Shown: in pieces, positions 38,459 through 52,039 of the stretch
Position numbering within the stretch: position 1 is the first letter of the stretch
Layout: each line of letters opens with the position of its first letter
Origin: Eledone cirrhosa
Taxonomy: Eukaryota
NCBI GenBank assembly: GCA_964016885.1
Contig: OZ024740.1
Location: 168,578,001-168,642,000 of the forward strand
Direction of reading: 5' to 3'
DNA length: 64,000 bases
Position numbers and translations under genes: made by a program
Notes under the pieces: model-generated
The model's input: the letters and a program-made list of their open reading frames with translations, nothing else
Told to the model about the DNA's origin: nothing
The model's database searches: none

Positions 38459-38962
38459 TAAATTATTATGTTTATAAAGCCTTTTTTTTTATAACTATGA
38501 AACAGAAGTTCATGGTTTTGCTAATGAAGTTGACCTGTCTTTGTTATATGCATGCGCGCGCACCTCTGTTGATGGTCTATTTTGCTGCCATCAAGTTTTC
38601 ATAAACTTAAAATTATATTGTATTAGAATGAATTATATTGTATCTAAATTTCTCAACATCTTTTTAAATTCAATTTAGGAGTGATTGATTATATTCAAGT
38701 TTTTTTTCTATTTCTAACAGTGGAAATATATTTTTTTATGTAAAGAGAATAAATGATATTTGACAAAATCTATATGAGGGTTCTTGTCAAAATGAAAGCT
38801 ATTTGAAGGATTTAATATTTAATTAAAATACAATGAAGAATTATTGCAATTTCTTTCTATTTCTCTCAGATAAGATTTCATGACACATCGTTTTTTTTTT
38901 AAATTTCAATTGTTTTTATAAGCATTATATTTTTGCCAAATTTTTGATTTTCCTTTCTCTAG

Positions 38963-39007
38963 TTCTGTCTGTGAACCATTACTGATAGTGACACCGCCCA
39001 CACCATG
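38963..39007 (+). CDS. Candidate 45-nt internal exon of an unidentified host gene (SVCEPLLIVTPPTP)
   Basis: Acceptor tttttgattttcctttctctAG, donor TG|GTAAGT, length 3n, only one open frame, GC-richer than its flanks. Confidence 0.6.
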
Positions 39008-40520
39008 GTAAGTTTGCTGAAGTTGGCGTTTACCCTGCTCCCTATTACCAAACATATTTTTGCAGTGGTATTCTGTTTAATAGGCTTTCACTCTTTGTAG
39101 TTCTTCATTGACCCTTCTAGGACTGCATCCAAACCAAATTCAACCCCTTCTTGTTTGATTTAAATTTCATTAATAGAGTAAAAAGCTATTCTCTACATTG
39201 AAATGCATGACCCGTCTTGTCCAATGTTATTCTGATAAGTCCCTTTGTGTGGTACATACCTCCAACTAATCATTTTAACTTCAAATTTTTATTTGTACTA
39301 TTTTAAAAAATATTTTGCCATTCATTTGAAGAGATTGAAAAAAGAATGAAATTTTTACATCTAAAGACATGATTAAATAAATTGCATGTCTTTTGACGTG
39401 TATTAAATGCATGTGTGCCTAAAACATGTACATTCATTGGCCAAGAAAGAAAGAAACTTCTAAAATTTTGTATTCAGAATTGAGAAGTTCTGAAAAATAT
39501 CTTAAATTGATATATAATTGTTTAGAACTTCAACACTATTTATTCTTAGAGAAATAATCTTCTGCTTTCATCTCTAAGATTGCAAATATTCGTCAAAATA
39601 TTCCTAACGTTTTTTTTTTTATTTGATAGCTTTAAAATATATTCCTAACCTTTAAGAAAAAATAGTTTTGTTGTAATTCAGAAAACATCTAATAGTTATA
39701 TATTTATCAAGTTAGAATTATGAATTACATATCTAAATAGTTTTGCTAAATTTTTGTATCTTCAGAGAACATGAAATACTGTATATTTACTGATTATGAA
39801 AATTTGAGGAAAGATTTAGCGTCCTCCTTAGGCTGTTTAATTTCTAACAAGTCATCATTTTGTTGCATTTTCTTGAGATTGAAAAGAAAATCAGTTTGTT
39901 TTACTTCAAAATTTGCTTGTTAATGAAAATCTGCTTCTTAATTGCATGTTAAATTTTCCATACTGATACAAACTTTGATGGATTGACAAATTTAGATATT
40001 CATGTGTATTTTTATGGCAATGTGACCACGAGAGAAACAACCATTCTGTTATAATGTAGGATTGGTACATAGGTTTTTAACTAAATAAACTAAGATTATT
40101 AAAATATGACTTGTCATGTGGCTAGATTTGAAATCATGATTATAAATCTGGCAGTGTGATTGTTCAGCTATTATACCATTAAAGTGGATTTTAATTGATT
40201 ATTGATAAATCATTTAAATGTCATGCAATGCTTTAAAGTAATGATGCCTAAATACTTTTCATTTTAAAATGGTTTAACATATTTCTCCCCTTCTAGCATA
40301 CAATGGATGCCATTCCTATTTCTAATTGACCTGAAAGCGGGAGTCGTTTTCAAGTGTCTGAGAGAAATAACATACTCTTTTAAAGAACATGACATGATGT
40401 CTATGACTTTTCAAGGTCTTTGACACAGCACTTTTAACAACTACTTAGTCACTTCTAAAGTAAATAAATTTCAGGATATAGGCAGCAGATTTCAGCACTA
40501 GTTCATCATCATTATTTTTT

Positions 40521-40700
40521 ATGGCAGTATCGGTCGAGGGTCGGACGCCATGCTTTCCAGCATAGTTACGTCCCTTTACGATCTGAGTTCAAATCCCGCC
40601 GAGGTTGACTTTGCCTTTCATCCTTACGGGGTCGATAAAATAAAGTACCAGTAATGCACTGGGTAATTGCTGGCCTTGTGCCTAAAGTAGAAACAATTAT
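40521..40700 (+). mobile_element. SINE family 2
   Basis: Homologous to 53278-53470. Confidence 0.85.
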
Positions 40701-40899
40701 TTTTTATGCCTGGGCTGGATGAAACTTTTTGGGGTGGGGGTCTTTTGGATGGCAACCATACTTTATTTATAACTATGATATATACTACTCATTTTCATTA
40801 AACTATTATGCTGTTGGATGTACTATTTACCCAGGGAAAACAAATGCTACAGCTTACTTTAAATGTTGTCAATATGACATGCAATTAACTGACTCTCTC

Positions 40900-41072
40900 A
40901 CACACACACATATATACAATAGTCTTTTGTATAGTTTCTGTCTACCAAATTCACTCATGAGCTATTGGTCAGCCTAAGGCTATAATGGAAGACACTTGCC
41001 CAAGGTTCTGTGTAATAAGATTGAATCCAAAACCACATGGTTGTAAATTGAACTTCTTAACCACAGAGCCAT
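40900..41072 (-). mobile_element. Old SINE family 3 (CORE-like; second copy ~52110-52265, +)
   Basis: Minus strand atggctctgtggttaagaag...ccttgggcaagtgtcttc...gaatttggtagacagaaact. Confidence 0.65.
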
Positions 41073-42991
41073 AACTACCTAATGACATGCAGGGGAAAGA
41101 AAAGGATCCATAAAAAGAAACTATACCATCTACACTCATTTATAAGTCACCCTTTTCTACAAAAATATGATATGCAAAACCAGAATGTGATTAATCTACT
41201 CAATCTACAGATTGTTAATTCAATATATAGTTATAATGTTGATGAATGTAAGATGAAAATGAATTATACAAGAGTATATACAATATATAATTTATTAACA
41301 ATAGTTTATGAAACATTTTTTACTGTAAAAGCTGATTAAATTCAAGAACTGAATAATTATTTACTTTGAAATAGTTTTAGAAAATCTGCTTTTTGCTTCT
41401 CACACAGAATTCCCAAAACAACAACAAAAAAAAAAAAAGGAAACAAACTAACTAACAAAGCTTAAAATTGTCTACTACTGAGATCTTTCATTACATTTTT
41501 TGATTTAGAAAGATGAATAAAAAAAAATGCTATTTTAATATGGTAACTCAGATGAAATTTTGTTGAACACTGCTGAAAATGTCAAAATGTATAGACTGAA
41601 ATAGTATCTTGAATATGTGATTAATTTGGAAATTCTAATTCTTTTTTTTTTTTTTACATACCCCTTAATGGGTGGATTATAAAGTTTTAAATTTTGGATG
41701 TTTTCTTAGTATTAAAATATTAAATTTTATTGAAAATATTCAATTAATTTTGAATATACAAAAGATTTAGTGAAACATTTTTGCTCAAAAATGCTTTTAA
41801 AAAACCCCCTCCATCCCCTAAAAGAAAAGAACATTTGATTAAACCAGTCTATATTACAAATGTTTCAATGTATGTAAAGTACTTTAATAATTATGCATCA
41901 GCTTCTTTATTTTATGTGTTTAAAAGTCCTTAATCTTTTTTCTGTTGGTAAAACTAAACCTGATTTTATTGAGCTGGAAGCTAATAATAATTGAAAGTCT
42001 AGTAGCTATTAACTAATCCTTATTATAATGCTGCTATAAATAAATAAACTACAATGCTGAATATGAATATATATATGCTTTTCATTGTTCTCTCATTTGG
42101 AGTATTGCACAGCATTTTCTTTCAATAATGACCTGGCCTCTCTGGTTTAGAAATTAATTGTGACAATTTTTGTTAGTCATTTAATCTGTACAATTGATTG
42201 CAACTGATCCTCTTATTCAGTCACTCTCTTTTGGCATAGTTTTATTAATTCTGTTATTCCAGATCATTCTTTTAAATTATAATGTAACTCTATTGCACCC
42301 CCCCACACACACACCACACCACACACACACACACACCACACCACACACACACACACACACATCTCTTGTCATTCTAAGATCTGCAGTAATGGTTTAGTAT
42401 ACTCTTCACTGAGAAGGTCTAATAAGATAAAAAATATTTCTGGAGTAGTTGTTGTATAGTTAATGTTCATATTCATCCCTCATTGCATTCCATATTTAAC
42501 CATTTTGTGAATGTATATCTCATGAAATACATTGCTTAATTACTTTTGCAATAATCAAATATCTGTAGAGATTTATTAAAGTAATGAGCTTTGCTCTCCA
42601 TTAACCTAGCATTTAGAATATAATGTAACACACATTTTTTTCGCAAAATTATGTTAGATTTTAACTTAAATATGAACACTTTAAATCAAACATTTTTGTA
42701 TGTAAGAATTATGCAATTTCAGGTAGATTAATATCAAAAGAGTTAATCAGTCTTAATTAATTATAATTTCAGAGTTACCTGGTATTTTTTAAAACTAGAA
42801 TTAATAATTTAGAAAATGATTGTTCTCAGCACTTAGGGTATAATGTTAGTAGTTTAGTCTAGTGATTTCAAAAGTTTTTTTTTTTTGGAAGGGTGGGGGC
42901 ACATTGTAATTAAACATCATATATTCCTCTTGATTTAGTGTATTGTTCACTTAGATATTTTAAATATTTATAATATTTTTAAAATTCGTAA

Positions 42992-43242
42992 TTAACCCTT
43001 TTGCTGTCATATTTCTCATGAAAGACTCTGCCTATAATTTTCAAATAACTTTGAAAATAATCTCGAATTTGAAGGGATCTGGTTATATAAGTGACTTTTT
43101 AATTTATTTAGTTGGTGATTTTGAGCATAAAATTTCTATCATAAAATTATGATGAAAGATTTTTAAATATAAACACTTTAAAACAGTTTTGTATCGTAGA
43201 ATCAGTTGGCAATTACAGGAGATTTGGTATTAAAGGAGTTAA
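42992..43242. mobile_element. piggyBac-like MITE (partial relative at 42601-42746)
   Basis: TTAA-CCCTTT ... AAAGGAG-TTAA ends. Confidence 0.7.
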
Positions 43243-43742
43243 ACATAAGTTGTATATACAAGGAAATATGGTTTTAAACTCATAAACAATACAAAAGGAT
43301 TAATATTAGAAATTACATGCAGGAGTAAAGATAATTTTTTGTATCCATCCTTGCTTTTATGGCTGAATTAAAGCAACTTTCTAAAAGTCTGTTTCTCTTT
43401 CTATGTCAATTTGTAGTACATTATGACAGCTCTGTTGCTCTCTTTTTAAAGATTTTAGATAATGCTTATTCTTTCATCGTATGTTTCATATCTTAATTGT
43501 CATTTACATTAAGATTGCTTATATTATGAGATTTAACAGTATATTTTCATGAATAACTTAACCATATTGTTTTTTTTTTAAAAGTTGTTACTGTTTTACA
43601 TACTTTACTATTCAAATAATTTTATTTTATTTATTATATACTTGTTGTTATTGTTACATCATATCAATACTAGAATTTATTTTGTTGTAGTTTGGGAGAA
43701 CCAAACTGCCAATAAAAAACACATACATTGGTTGTATTTTAT

Positions 43743-44006
43743 TTTGGTTTTATTATCAGTGAATTAGATAATTGGTTAATTAATAATTTGATTAATTAAT
43801 TGTTTTTTCAAAGTTCTTTCATCATAGCATATGACCTTATTGATGACTTGAGTTCTGAGAAATGAAAAGAGACTACAGAGTAAAGGGTGGTGAGGAAGAA
43901 GTACATGAATAAGGTCACAGGCGATAATGAAAAAAAAACGTTGACAAATTAATTGATATATTAATAATTATCTAACTAATTATCTAATTGATTGATAATA
44001 AAACCA
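43743..44006. mobile_element. Old fold-back/MITE with ~105-bp degenerate inverted arms
   Basis: tggttttattatca..aattagataatt...tgaccttatt / aataaggtca...aattatctaatt..tgataataaaacca. Confidence 0.65.
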
Positions 44007-45926
44007 GTGTGCTATTGAAAGTATGACATTCCTAAAGTACAATATTTGTTTCAAAACATGATTTCACATCAGGAATCTTGCAAATCCAATACAAAAACAA
44101 AATTTATTTGAATTATCATCAATCTATTTCTTATTGGTTAAATAAGTTGGCTTGCCATATTTAACATCAAACACTTAACTGAAACTTATCTTCATATTGA
44201 AATAACCTTTTGAAATATTTGCCAAATGTAGCAACATAAAGTAGAATTTGATGGTTATTCAGTATTTTTAAGAGAGAAAACAATAAAAAATATGGCTTTG
44301 CAACTTTGTGTCTACTGGCAGTCATACTGTGAGTTGTCTCTATTTTAACTTTAAGCTATATTTAACATGTTTCCAAAACATGTTAACAATCTCTCTGCTA
44401 GCCAAGTAAAAAAAACAAATTTTTAATTAAAAATGTTGATTGATATTTTCTTCTTAAATCCAAATTTATCATCTATTAACAAGATCATCCCATAAATAAT
44501 GCCACTTTTCATGTTATAGAAAGTTTAATTGTATCCATTTATGTTGGTACTAAAGTTTTATAAAAGTTATATCTAGAGGATCTAAAAAAGTTGAATACAT
44601 AGATGAACAAAAAAAAAAAAAATTTCTTTGAACAAATACCTCATTAACATATTGATATCAGAACAGTGCTTTGCATGTAAAAATCTGCAAATGGCTTTAT
44701 TATAAGGATATATTGAGAAATTCTACTAGACACCTACTATGGTACGTAAGATAGAGAAAAATTTGGAATTCCTACAAGATAATCTGCTGAAAGCCACAGA
44801 TCAAGTCTACCATTTGAACAAGATCCCAGCAACACAGAAAATGGTGTGGTGGTGAATGGTATACTTAGCAAGGCTAGAAGCAGAAAATAACTAATGAAGA
44901 ATTTGGGAAGTATTTACTAAAATTATTTTAACTAGGAACCCTTTAAAATGGGTAATTTTCTTTCACAGACACATGTGGTTTTGGACAGGTTATTATCAAG
45001 AGGATTAATCTTTTGGTGAAAAGACATTACAGAAATAGCTATAGTACTTTTATTGCTACATCCTGTTGTTTAAATTTTGCTAACAACTCTCTTTTTTATA
45101 AATGTTGAGACCTTTCTAAATCTTTTATTATATCTTCACTATGTAACTATAGCATTTACACTGTGAAGACTTCCTTGTTTTCACAATATGTATAGTGGTA
45201 TTCATGCCTGCTCCCTGCATTTTGAGTTCTAATCCAGGCAAGGTCAACTTTGGTTTTCATCCAAGGTGATAGATTGATGGAATCATTAGAGTGTTGGATG
45301 AGATGCCTTGCAGTATTTGTTCCAGCTCTTGTCATTCTGAGTTCAAATTCCACCTCCTTATACCAGTGAAATTGTGTCCTGAGTCTCCTATTACTAAAAC
45401 ACTCAAGAAACCTGTGAGGTGCACCTTCTTAGGGGGGTGGCTAAATATGTGCAGGTGTGAGCTGTAGCAAGAACTGCAGATACAGTAATCAGAAGTGGCA
45501 CATTATGAATGCTGTAGTTAATTTAGATATCTATTTCTTACTACAAAAAAAAAGAAAGAAATATCCTCCTCTATGACTATCTGTAAAAAATGTTGGCATT
45601 AATAGAATTTATCAGTAATGTTTTCACTATCAACCTTATATGTGTTAATCCTAGTTTAAAATTTGCTTATCAATTGATGGAGTTCAAATCATAATAAATA
45701 AGTAGAAATTCTTAATAATCCAATGAATTTATGTCTCATTACTATGATATCAAAGAATGATTACAATTAACTGAAATATCTAGTACCGGAATTATTATTA
45801 TTGAAGTTGTAAATCAGTTGGTTGGTGTATGTGTCTTATAAAAAATGTTTGTTTAGTCAATGATATACAGTATATCATCATATTATATGTGTTTATATAT
45901 ATATATACGTATATTTATATATATCT

Positions 45927-46163
45927 CTAGTATTCTTGGAGGTTATGTTCCTAGAGCACCCACGAAGAGTGAAAAACCTTGAATATTGAACGTGGTCCAT
46001 AAAAATGGCTATAAGCCTGAAAACATAACGTAAAATATAGGCTGGAAAATACAGTATAGTATTATTAATAATTTAGCGTTAAAAGTTTCCACGAATAATT
46101 ATTAGTTAGATACGGAAGAAAATTCTGCAAATAACCAGGACCACGAATGCCAGGGGTATACTG
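45927..46163. mobile_element. pogo/Tigger-like MITE
   Basis: Homologous to 36149-36490. Confidence 0.7.
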
Positions 46164-46180
46164 TATATATATATATATAT

Positions 46181-46224
<44 letters not shown>

Positions 46225-46530
46225 TTTTACGTCCGCTTTTTTCCTGCTTGCAAGGGTGGGACGGGAACTGATTCTGGCTTGATTTATACAGCTGGATGCC
46301 CTTCCTAACACCAACCTCATTTACAGTGAGTGCTGGGTGCTTTTTTTCGGTGGCGCCTACACGTCCACTTTACAGTGTGGGCTGGGTGCTTTTTTGCCAT
46401 GGCATCTCCACGACCACTTTGCAGTGGAATGATAGGGACCCCAGTCCCTATCATCTCATTTCTACAGCTGAGTAAACTGGAGCAATGTGAAATAAAGTGT
46501 CTTGCTCAAGGACACAACACATCACCCAGT
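46181..46530 (-). mobile_element. 5'-truncated CORE-like SINE variant with an extra 3' repeat unit
   Basis: SINE body plus the ggcgcctacacgtccactttacagtgtgggctggg unit otherwise seen in RTE-A 3' UTRs. Confidence 0.85.
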
Positions 46531-46557
46531 CTATATATATATATATATGTATGTATA

Positions 46558-46586
<29 letters not shown>

Positions 46587-46588
<2 letters not shown>

Positions 46589-48233
46589 CATCATCATCAC
46601 CGTTTTACGTCCGTTCTTCCACGCTAGCATGGGTTAGACGGGTTGTCCTGTTGTGGGCAGTGTCTGGTCGGCTGACCATGCCTTGCTCATACAGGAACTG
46701 ATTTGGCTTGATTTCTACAGCTGGATGCCCTTCCTAACACCAACCTCATTTACAGTGAGTGCTGGGTGCTTTTTCATGGCGCCTACACGTCCACTTTACA
46801 GTGTAGGCTGGGTGCTTTTTTGCCATGGCACCTCCACGACCACCTTGCAGTGGGAGGGTGTGGGGGCATATTGTCTATATGCTTCAGCTTGTACCCATGG
46901 GAGGTCGGGTACTCCGTATTACTGCGTGACGCCAGAGGTCACGGTCGTGTGTCATCGCCTTTGAGAGGTGTAATTGGGTAAGGTCGGCTTTTATCACCTC
47001 ATCCCAGGTCATCTTGGGTCTCCCCACTCCGCGGTTTCCATCGACTTCTAGTGCTCTGCACCTTTTTATGCAGCTGTCATTCTTCATACGCATCACATGT
47101 CCATACCAACGCAACCGCCTCTCTTGCACACAGCATTTGATTCCTCTTATGCTGAGTCTCTCTCTCAATTCATTTATGCTTTGTCGTTTGCGTATATTAC
47201 TATTACACATCCATCGGAGCATGCAGGCTTCGTTTCTCTCTAATCTAAGTAAGTCTTCCACCTTCAGCGCCCAGGTCTCACTACCATGTAACATTGCTGT
47301 TCGGATAAACGCATCATACAGTCTGCCTTTCATTTTGAGGGAGAAGCCTTTTGCAGCTAGCAGTGGTAGTAGTTCCCTGAACTTCTTCCATCCTGTTCTT
47401 ACCCTAGTTATTGTACTTTCTGAACACCCACCTCCGCTGCTAATTCGGTCACCTAGGTAGCAGAAGCTGTCTACTGTCTCTACAGAGCCTTCCTAGAGAT
47501 TGGTGGTACTTGTTTCCTGTGGCTGTTTGCTGCTTGCTGTCCCAGTACAGCTGCTGCATGTGAAGCCTACATTCTTAATTAAGCTTCCTGTGATCCCGCT
47601 ACATTTCTTGTGTACCCATTGTTTGCATTTGGGGCAGAGAATGGAGTTCCTACCTACACCTTTCCTACATACTGAGCAAGGCCATTTCCCTGAGGGATTC
47701 TGGGTTCTGTTTTCTCGTCTACTTACAAGGACCTTAGTCTTTGTCATGTTGACTTTGAGATCCTTTCTTTCTAGTCCCTGCTTCCAACTTTGGAATTTCT
47801 TCTCTAGTTCTACCATAGATTCAGCTATAAGTGCGAGGTCATCAGCATACAGGAGTTCCCATGGGCATCCAGTCTTAAACTCCTCCGTTATTGCCTGCAG
47901 GGCTAAGAATAGAGCCCTGGTGGATCCCAATCTGTATGCTAAATTCCTCGCTATACTCATTGCTAATCCTAACTTTGCTGACTGCTCCCCTATACATGGC
48001 TTGTACAGCTTTCGCAAGCCATTCATCTACTCCTAGTTTTCTAAGAGCCCTCCAGATTACAGCATGTGGAACTCTGTCAAAGGTTTCTCGAGATCAACGA
48101 ATGCCAGGTAGAGTGGCTTACTTTTAGCTAGGTACTTTTCCTGTAACTGCCTCACAAGGAAGAGGGCATCAGTGGTGCCTCTTCCTGGTACAAACCCAAA
48201 TTGCATCTCATCTAGTTTCACCCGGTCCCTAAT

Positions 48234-48236
<3 letters not shown>
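46587..48236 (-). mobile_element. RTE LINE family A, 5'-truncated and defective
   Basis: RT motifs, frameshifts and a TAG stop; flanked by (TA)n. Confidence 0.95.
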
Positions 48237-48267
<31 letters not shown>

Positions 48268-48343
48268 CGAAGGAAGTGTGGTAAGGAACCAGGTGGACCA
48301 TAACGCACCAAAGTACTCAATACTTGAGGTAGTAGAGTGGGTA

Positions 48344-48457
48344 ATAGGAACCAGTAAGACCCCGACAGCTGAGCTCAAGCCGTTTCGACGGCTAATTCTG
48401 GACTCCAGAATTAGCCGTCGAAACGGCTTGAGCTCAGCTGTAGGGGTCTTACTGGTT

Positions 48458-48462
<5 letters not shown>
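48344..48462. repeat. Near-perfect 119-bp palindrome (59-bp arms, 1 mismatch)
   Basis: ataggaaccag...aattctgga-c-tccagaatt...ctggttcctat. Confidence 0.95.
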
Positions 48463-48532
<70 letters not shown>

Positions 48533-48537
<5 letters not shown>

Positions 48538-48860
48538 TTAGTGGTTAGAGCATTGGCCTTACAATCGAAAGGTTGTGAGTTCAATTCTCGGACCAGGTGA
48601 TGTGTTGTTTCCTTGAGCAAGACACTTTATTTCACGTTGCTCCAGTTTACTCAGCTGTAGAAATGAGATGATAGGGACTGGGGTCCCTATCATTCCACTG
48701 CAAAGTGGTCGTGGAGGTGCCACGGCAAAAAAGCACCCACCACTCACTGTAAATGAGGTTGGTGTTAGGAAGGGCATCCAGCTGTAGAAATCAAGCCAGA
48801 ATCAGTTCCCGTCCCACCCTTGCAAGCAGGGAAAAGCGGACGTAAAATGATGATGATGAT
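48533..48860 (+). mobile_element. CORE-like SINE
   Basis: Near-identical to 20436-20777; inserted in (TA)n. Confidence 0.9.
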
Positions 48861-49010
48861 ATATATACATATATGTAGAAGTTATATTTAATTTGTTGGG
48901 ATTCCAACAAACTTAAAAGTTTATAACTGATATAGAGCACTCAAGATTACTGGAGTAAATATTCAATATATTAATAAATGTAAACTATATTTATAAAACC
49001 ATAGTTATTT

Positions 49011-49064
49011 TATTATATATATTTCAAGGGCGACCAAGCCAACTTGGTGCGCTTTCATCAGATA
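49011..49064 (-). ncRNA. Minimal hammerhead ribozyme
   Basis: tat-CTGATGA-aag..accaag-ttgg-cttggt..ctt-GAAA-tatata-TA-ata. Confidence 0.65.
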
Positions 49065-49072
49065 TGTATATG

Positions 49073-51530
49073 TCATCATCATCATCATCATTTTCCCACT
49101 TGAAGCAAGATTGGTTGTCCTGCTCGTATAGGACTGTCTGGCGAGTTTTCTACAGCTGGATGCCCTTCCTAACATCAACCACGTTTACAGTGTGGACTGG
49201 GAGGTTTTTACCGTGTTACCTACACAGCCACATTACAGCGTGGACTGTGTGTTTTTTGTCGTGACACCTACACGACCTAATTTGTTTTGGACTGGATGTT
49301 GTGGTACCAACATAACTTCACATTTAAGGGGGTGGTGTGGATGGGGTGGGGGTAGTGGGGCGGGGGTGTATTTTGTTAGAGGTGCCTACTGACTGTAGGT
49401 TTCGCTTTGTACTTAGGCAAGGCGGGTCTTCTGTATAACTGTGTAGCGCCAAAGATCTCGGTCCAGTGACATTGTATTGGAGAGGTGTAAGTGTGTGAGG
49501 TCGGAATTTATCAAGTCGTCCCAGGTTTTTCTGGGTCTGCCTACTCCGTGGCTACCGTCTATTTTTATCGCCCTGCACTTTTTTATACAGCTGTCGTCTT
49601 TCATGCGCATCACGTGACCGTACCAACGTAGTCTTCTCTCGAGTAAACAACATCTGATCCCTCTTATTCCTAATTTCTCATTTTTAGAGAGAACCCTTTA
49701 GCGGCCAATAGTGGTATAAGCTCTCTGAACTTTTTCCATCCCGTTCTGACTCTAGCTACTGTACTTTCAGAGCACCCTCCCCCACTGCTGATTTTGTCAC
49801 CCAGGTAACGGAAGGTGTCCACTATTTCTATAGAACCATAAGTGCAATGGAATGAGCTAGTATTCTGTGGGCACTTGCTGCTACTTAATGCACCTGAGCA
49901 CCGGCCACATATAAAAATCTATATTCTTAGTTAGCTTACCTGTGATCCCACTACATCTTTTATGCATACTTTGCATTTGAGACATAAAATGGAGTTTCTG
50001 CCTACTCCTTTCCTACACACTGAGCATGGCCATTTCCCAGATGGGACCAGTGCCCTATTTTCCTTCCTACAAACTAGAACTTTAGTCTTAGACAAGTTAA
50101 CTTTAAGGCCTTTTGATTCTAGGCCATGCTTCCATGTTTGGAATTTCTTCTCTAGTTCAGCCATTGATTCAGCTATGAGCGTTAGTTCATCTGCATATAG
50201 GAGTTCCCATGGGCAGCCGGTCTTGAACTCCACTGTTATAACCTGAAGGGCAATAATAAATAGTAGGGGGGTAAGAACGGAGCCCTGATGAACACCAACT
50301 TTTACGCTAAACTCTTCACTATATTCGTTGTTAATTCTAACCTTGCTGACTGTTTCTTTATACATGGCTTGTATAGCTCTCACAAGCCATTCATCAACAC
50401 CTAGTTTTCTAAGAGCCCACCAGATAATGGAGCGGGGGACTCTGTCAAAGGCTTTCTCCAAGTCAACAAAAGCTAAGTATAGGGGTTTACTTTTAGCTAG
50501 GTACTTCTCCTGTAGTTGTCGTACCTGACACAAACCAAACTGCATTTCATCTAGATCAATTCGTTCTCTGATTAGTTGCGCTATTACTTTTTCTGTGACC
50601 TTCATGACCTGGTCGATTAATTTAATGCCTCTATAGTTACCCCTATCTAGGGCATCACCTTTACCCTTGTAGCAGTTAATGATGATGCTGCTACGCCAGT
50701 CCTTCGGAACGGCCCCATTCTGTATGACTTGGTTTACTCTCCGGGTGACCATAGTGTGTCCCACCGTTCCAGATGCTTTCAGCATTTCAGCAACTATTTC
50801 CGAAGGCCCAGCCGTCTTACCCGTCTTCATATCTTTGATTGCCTTACTTATTATACTACCTTCAACTAGCACTGTTGGTCCCTCTATTGGATCGATGTGG
50901 GGGAGACTGTCTTTCTCCCATTTATTCTCCTCATTTAGTAGCCTTTCGTAGTGACACTTCCAAGCTACCTTCTTATCAGCGTCAGTGATAGCAAGTACAC
51001 CATCATCATTAAGGACACACTTCTCCCCGACAATATCACAGTTTTCCTTGACACATTGCCTAGCAATCCTGAACACCTCACATTTTTGGTCCTCGCGTTG
51101 TAGAACATGCTTGAACTTTCTTTCCTCTGCTTCCCTTCTTGCGAAGTACACTTGTCTTCTAGCTTCCCTCCTGGCCACTTGATAATCTTCTCTACTTCGC
51201 CCATCCCGCCATACTTTCCAAGCCAGCTTTTTGGCCTTAATTGACTCCTCCACCTTACTGTTCCACCACCACGTTACTCTCCTCCTGCCTATAGGCCTGC
51301 TCCAGCCACAGACTTCATCTGCCGCCTTCAGCAGGTTAGCTTTCAGGAATTCCCACTATTCCTCTATATTGTACGACTCTAATTGCTCTTCCTTACTGTC
51401 AAAAGCATCAAGTAATATGCTTTTAAATTTATTACTGGCTGTGGGGTCCTTTAGCTTCCATATTTTTCTCCTGAGGATAATCCTCCTCTGTTGTCAAGTA
51501 CGTCTTGTCCTGACTATGAGGTCGCTGACT
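49073..51530 (-). mobile_element. RTE LINE family B variant, long 5'-truncated copy with internal deletions
   Basis: ORF 49931-51253 plus upstream DEVCGW...VTWWWN; YADD mutated to YADE. Confidence 0.95.
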
Positions 51531-51542
51531 TCACATTCACAC

Positions 51543-51585
<43 letters not shown>

Positions 51586-51751
51586 CATATATGTAGAAGG
51601 TGAGTAATATTGTAGAACAATAAAACTATGCATATATCAGATAAGTAGCATTCAACAGCTGGTAGAACTGGAGTATACATTAAAGAAGAAATTAAAAACT
51701 TCAATACCGTCTTTTAATTTCTTCTTTTATACATATATATATATATATATA

Positions 51752-52004
51752 TGTTGTTTCCTTGAGCAAGATACTTTATTTCACATTGCTCCAGTTTATT
51801 CAGCTGTAGAAATGAGATGATAGGGACTGGGGTCCCTATCATTCCACTGCAAAGAGGTCATGGGGGTGCCACGACAAAAAAGCACCCAGCACTCACTGTA
51901 AATGAGGTTGATGTTAGGAAGGGCATCCAGCTGTAGAAATCAAACCAGAATCAGTTCCCGTCCCACCCTTGCAAGCAGGGAAAACCGGACGTAAAAATGA
52001 TGAT
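51752..52004 (+). mobile_element. 5'-truncated CORE-like SINE
   Basis: Starts at gttgtttccttgagcaag; flanked by (TA)n. Confidence 0.85.
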
Positions 52005-52006
52005 CA

Positions 52007-52039
<33 letters not shown>

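Noticed and set aside
40297-40423. Exon in frame with the 45-nt exon
   Set aside because: Acceptor is plausible, but the peptide is unrecognisable and the sequence resembles decayed repeat; support too weak
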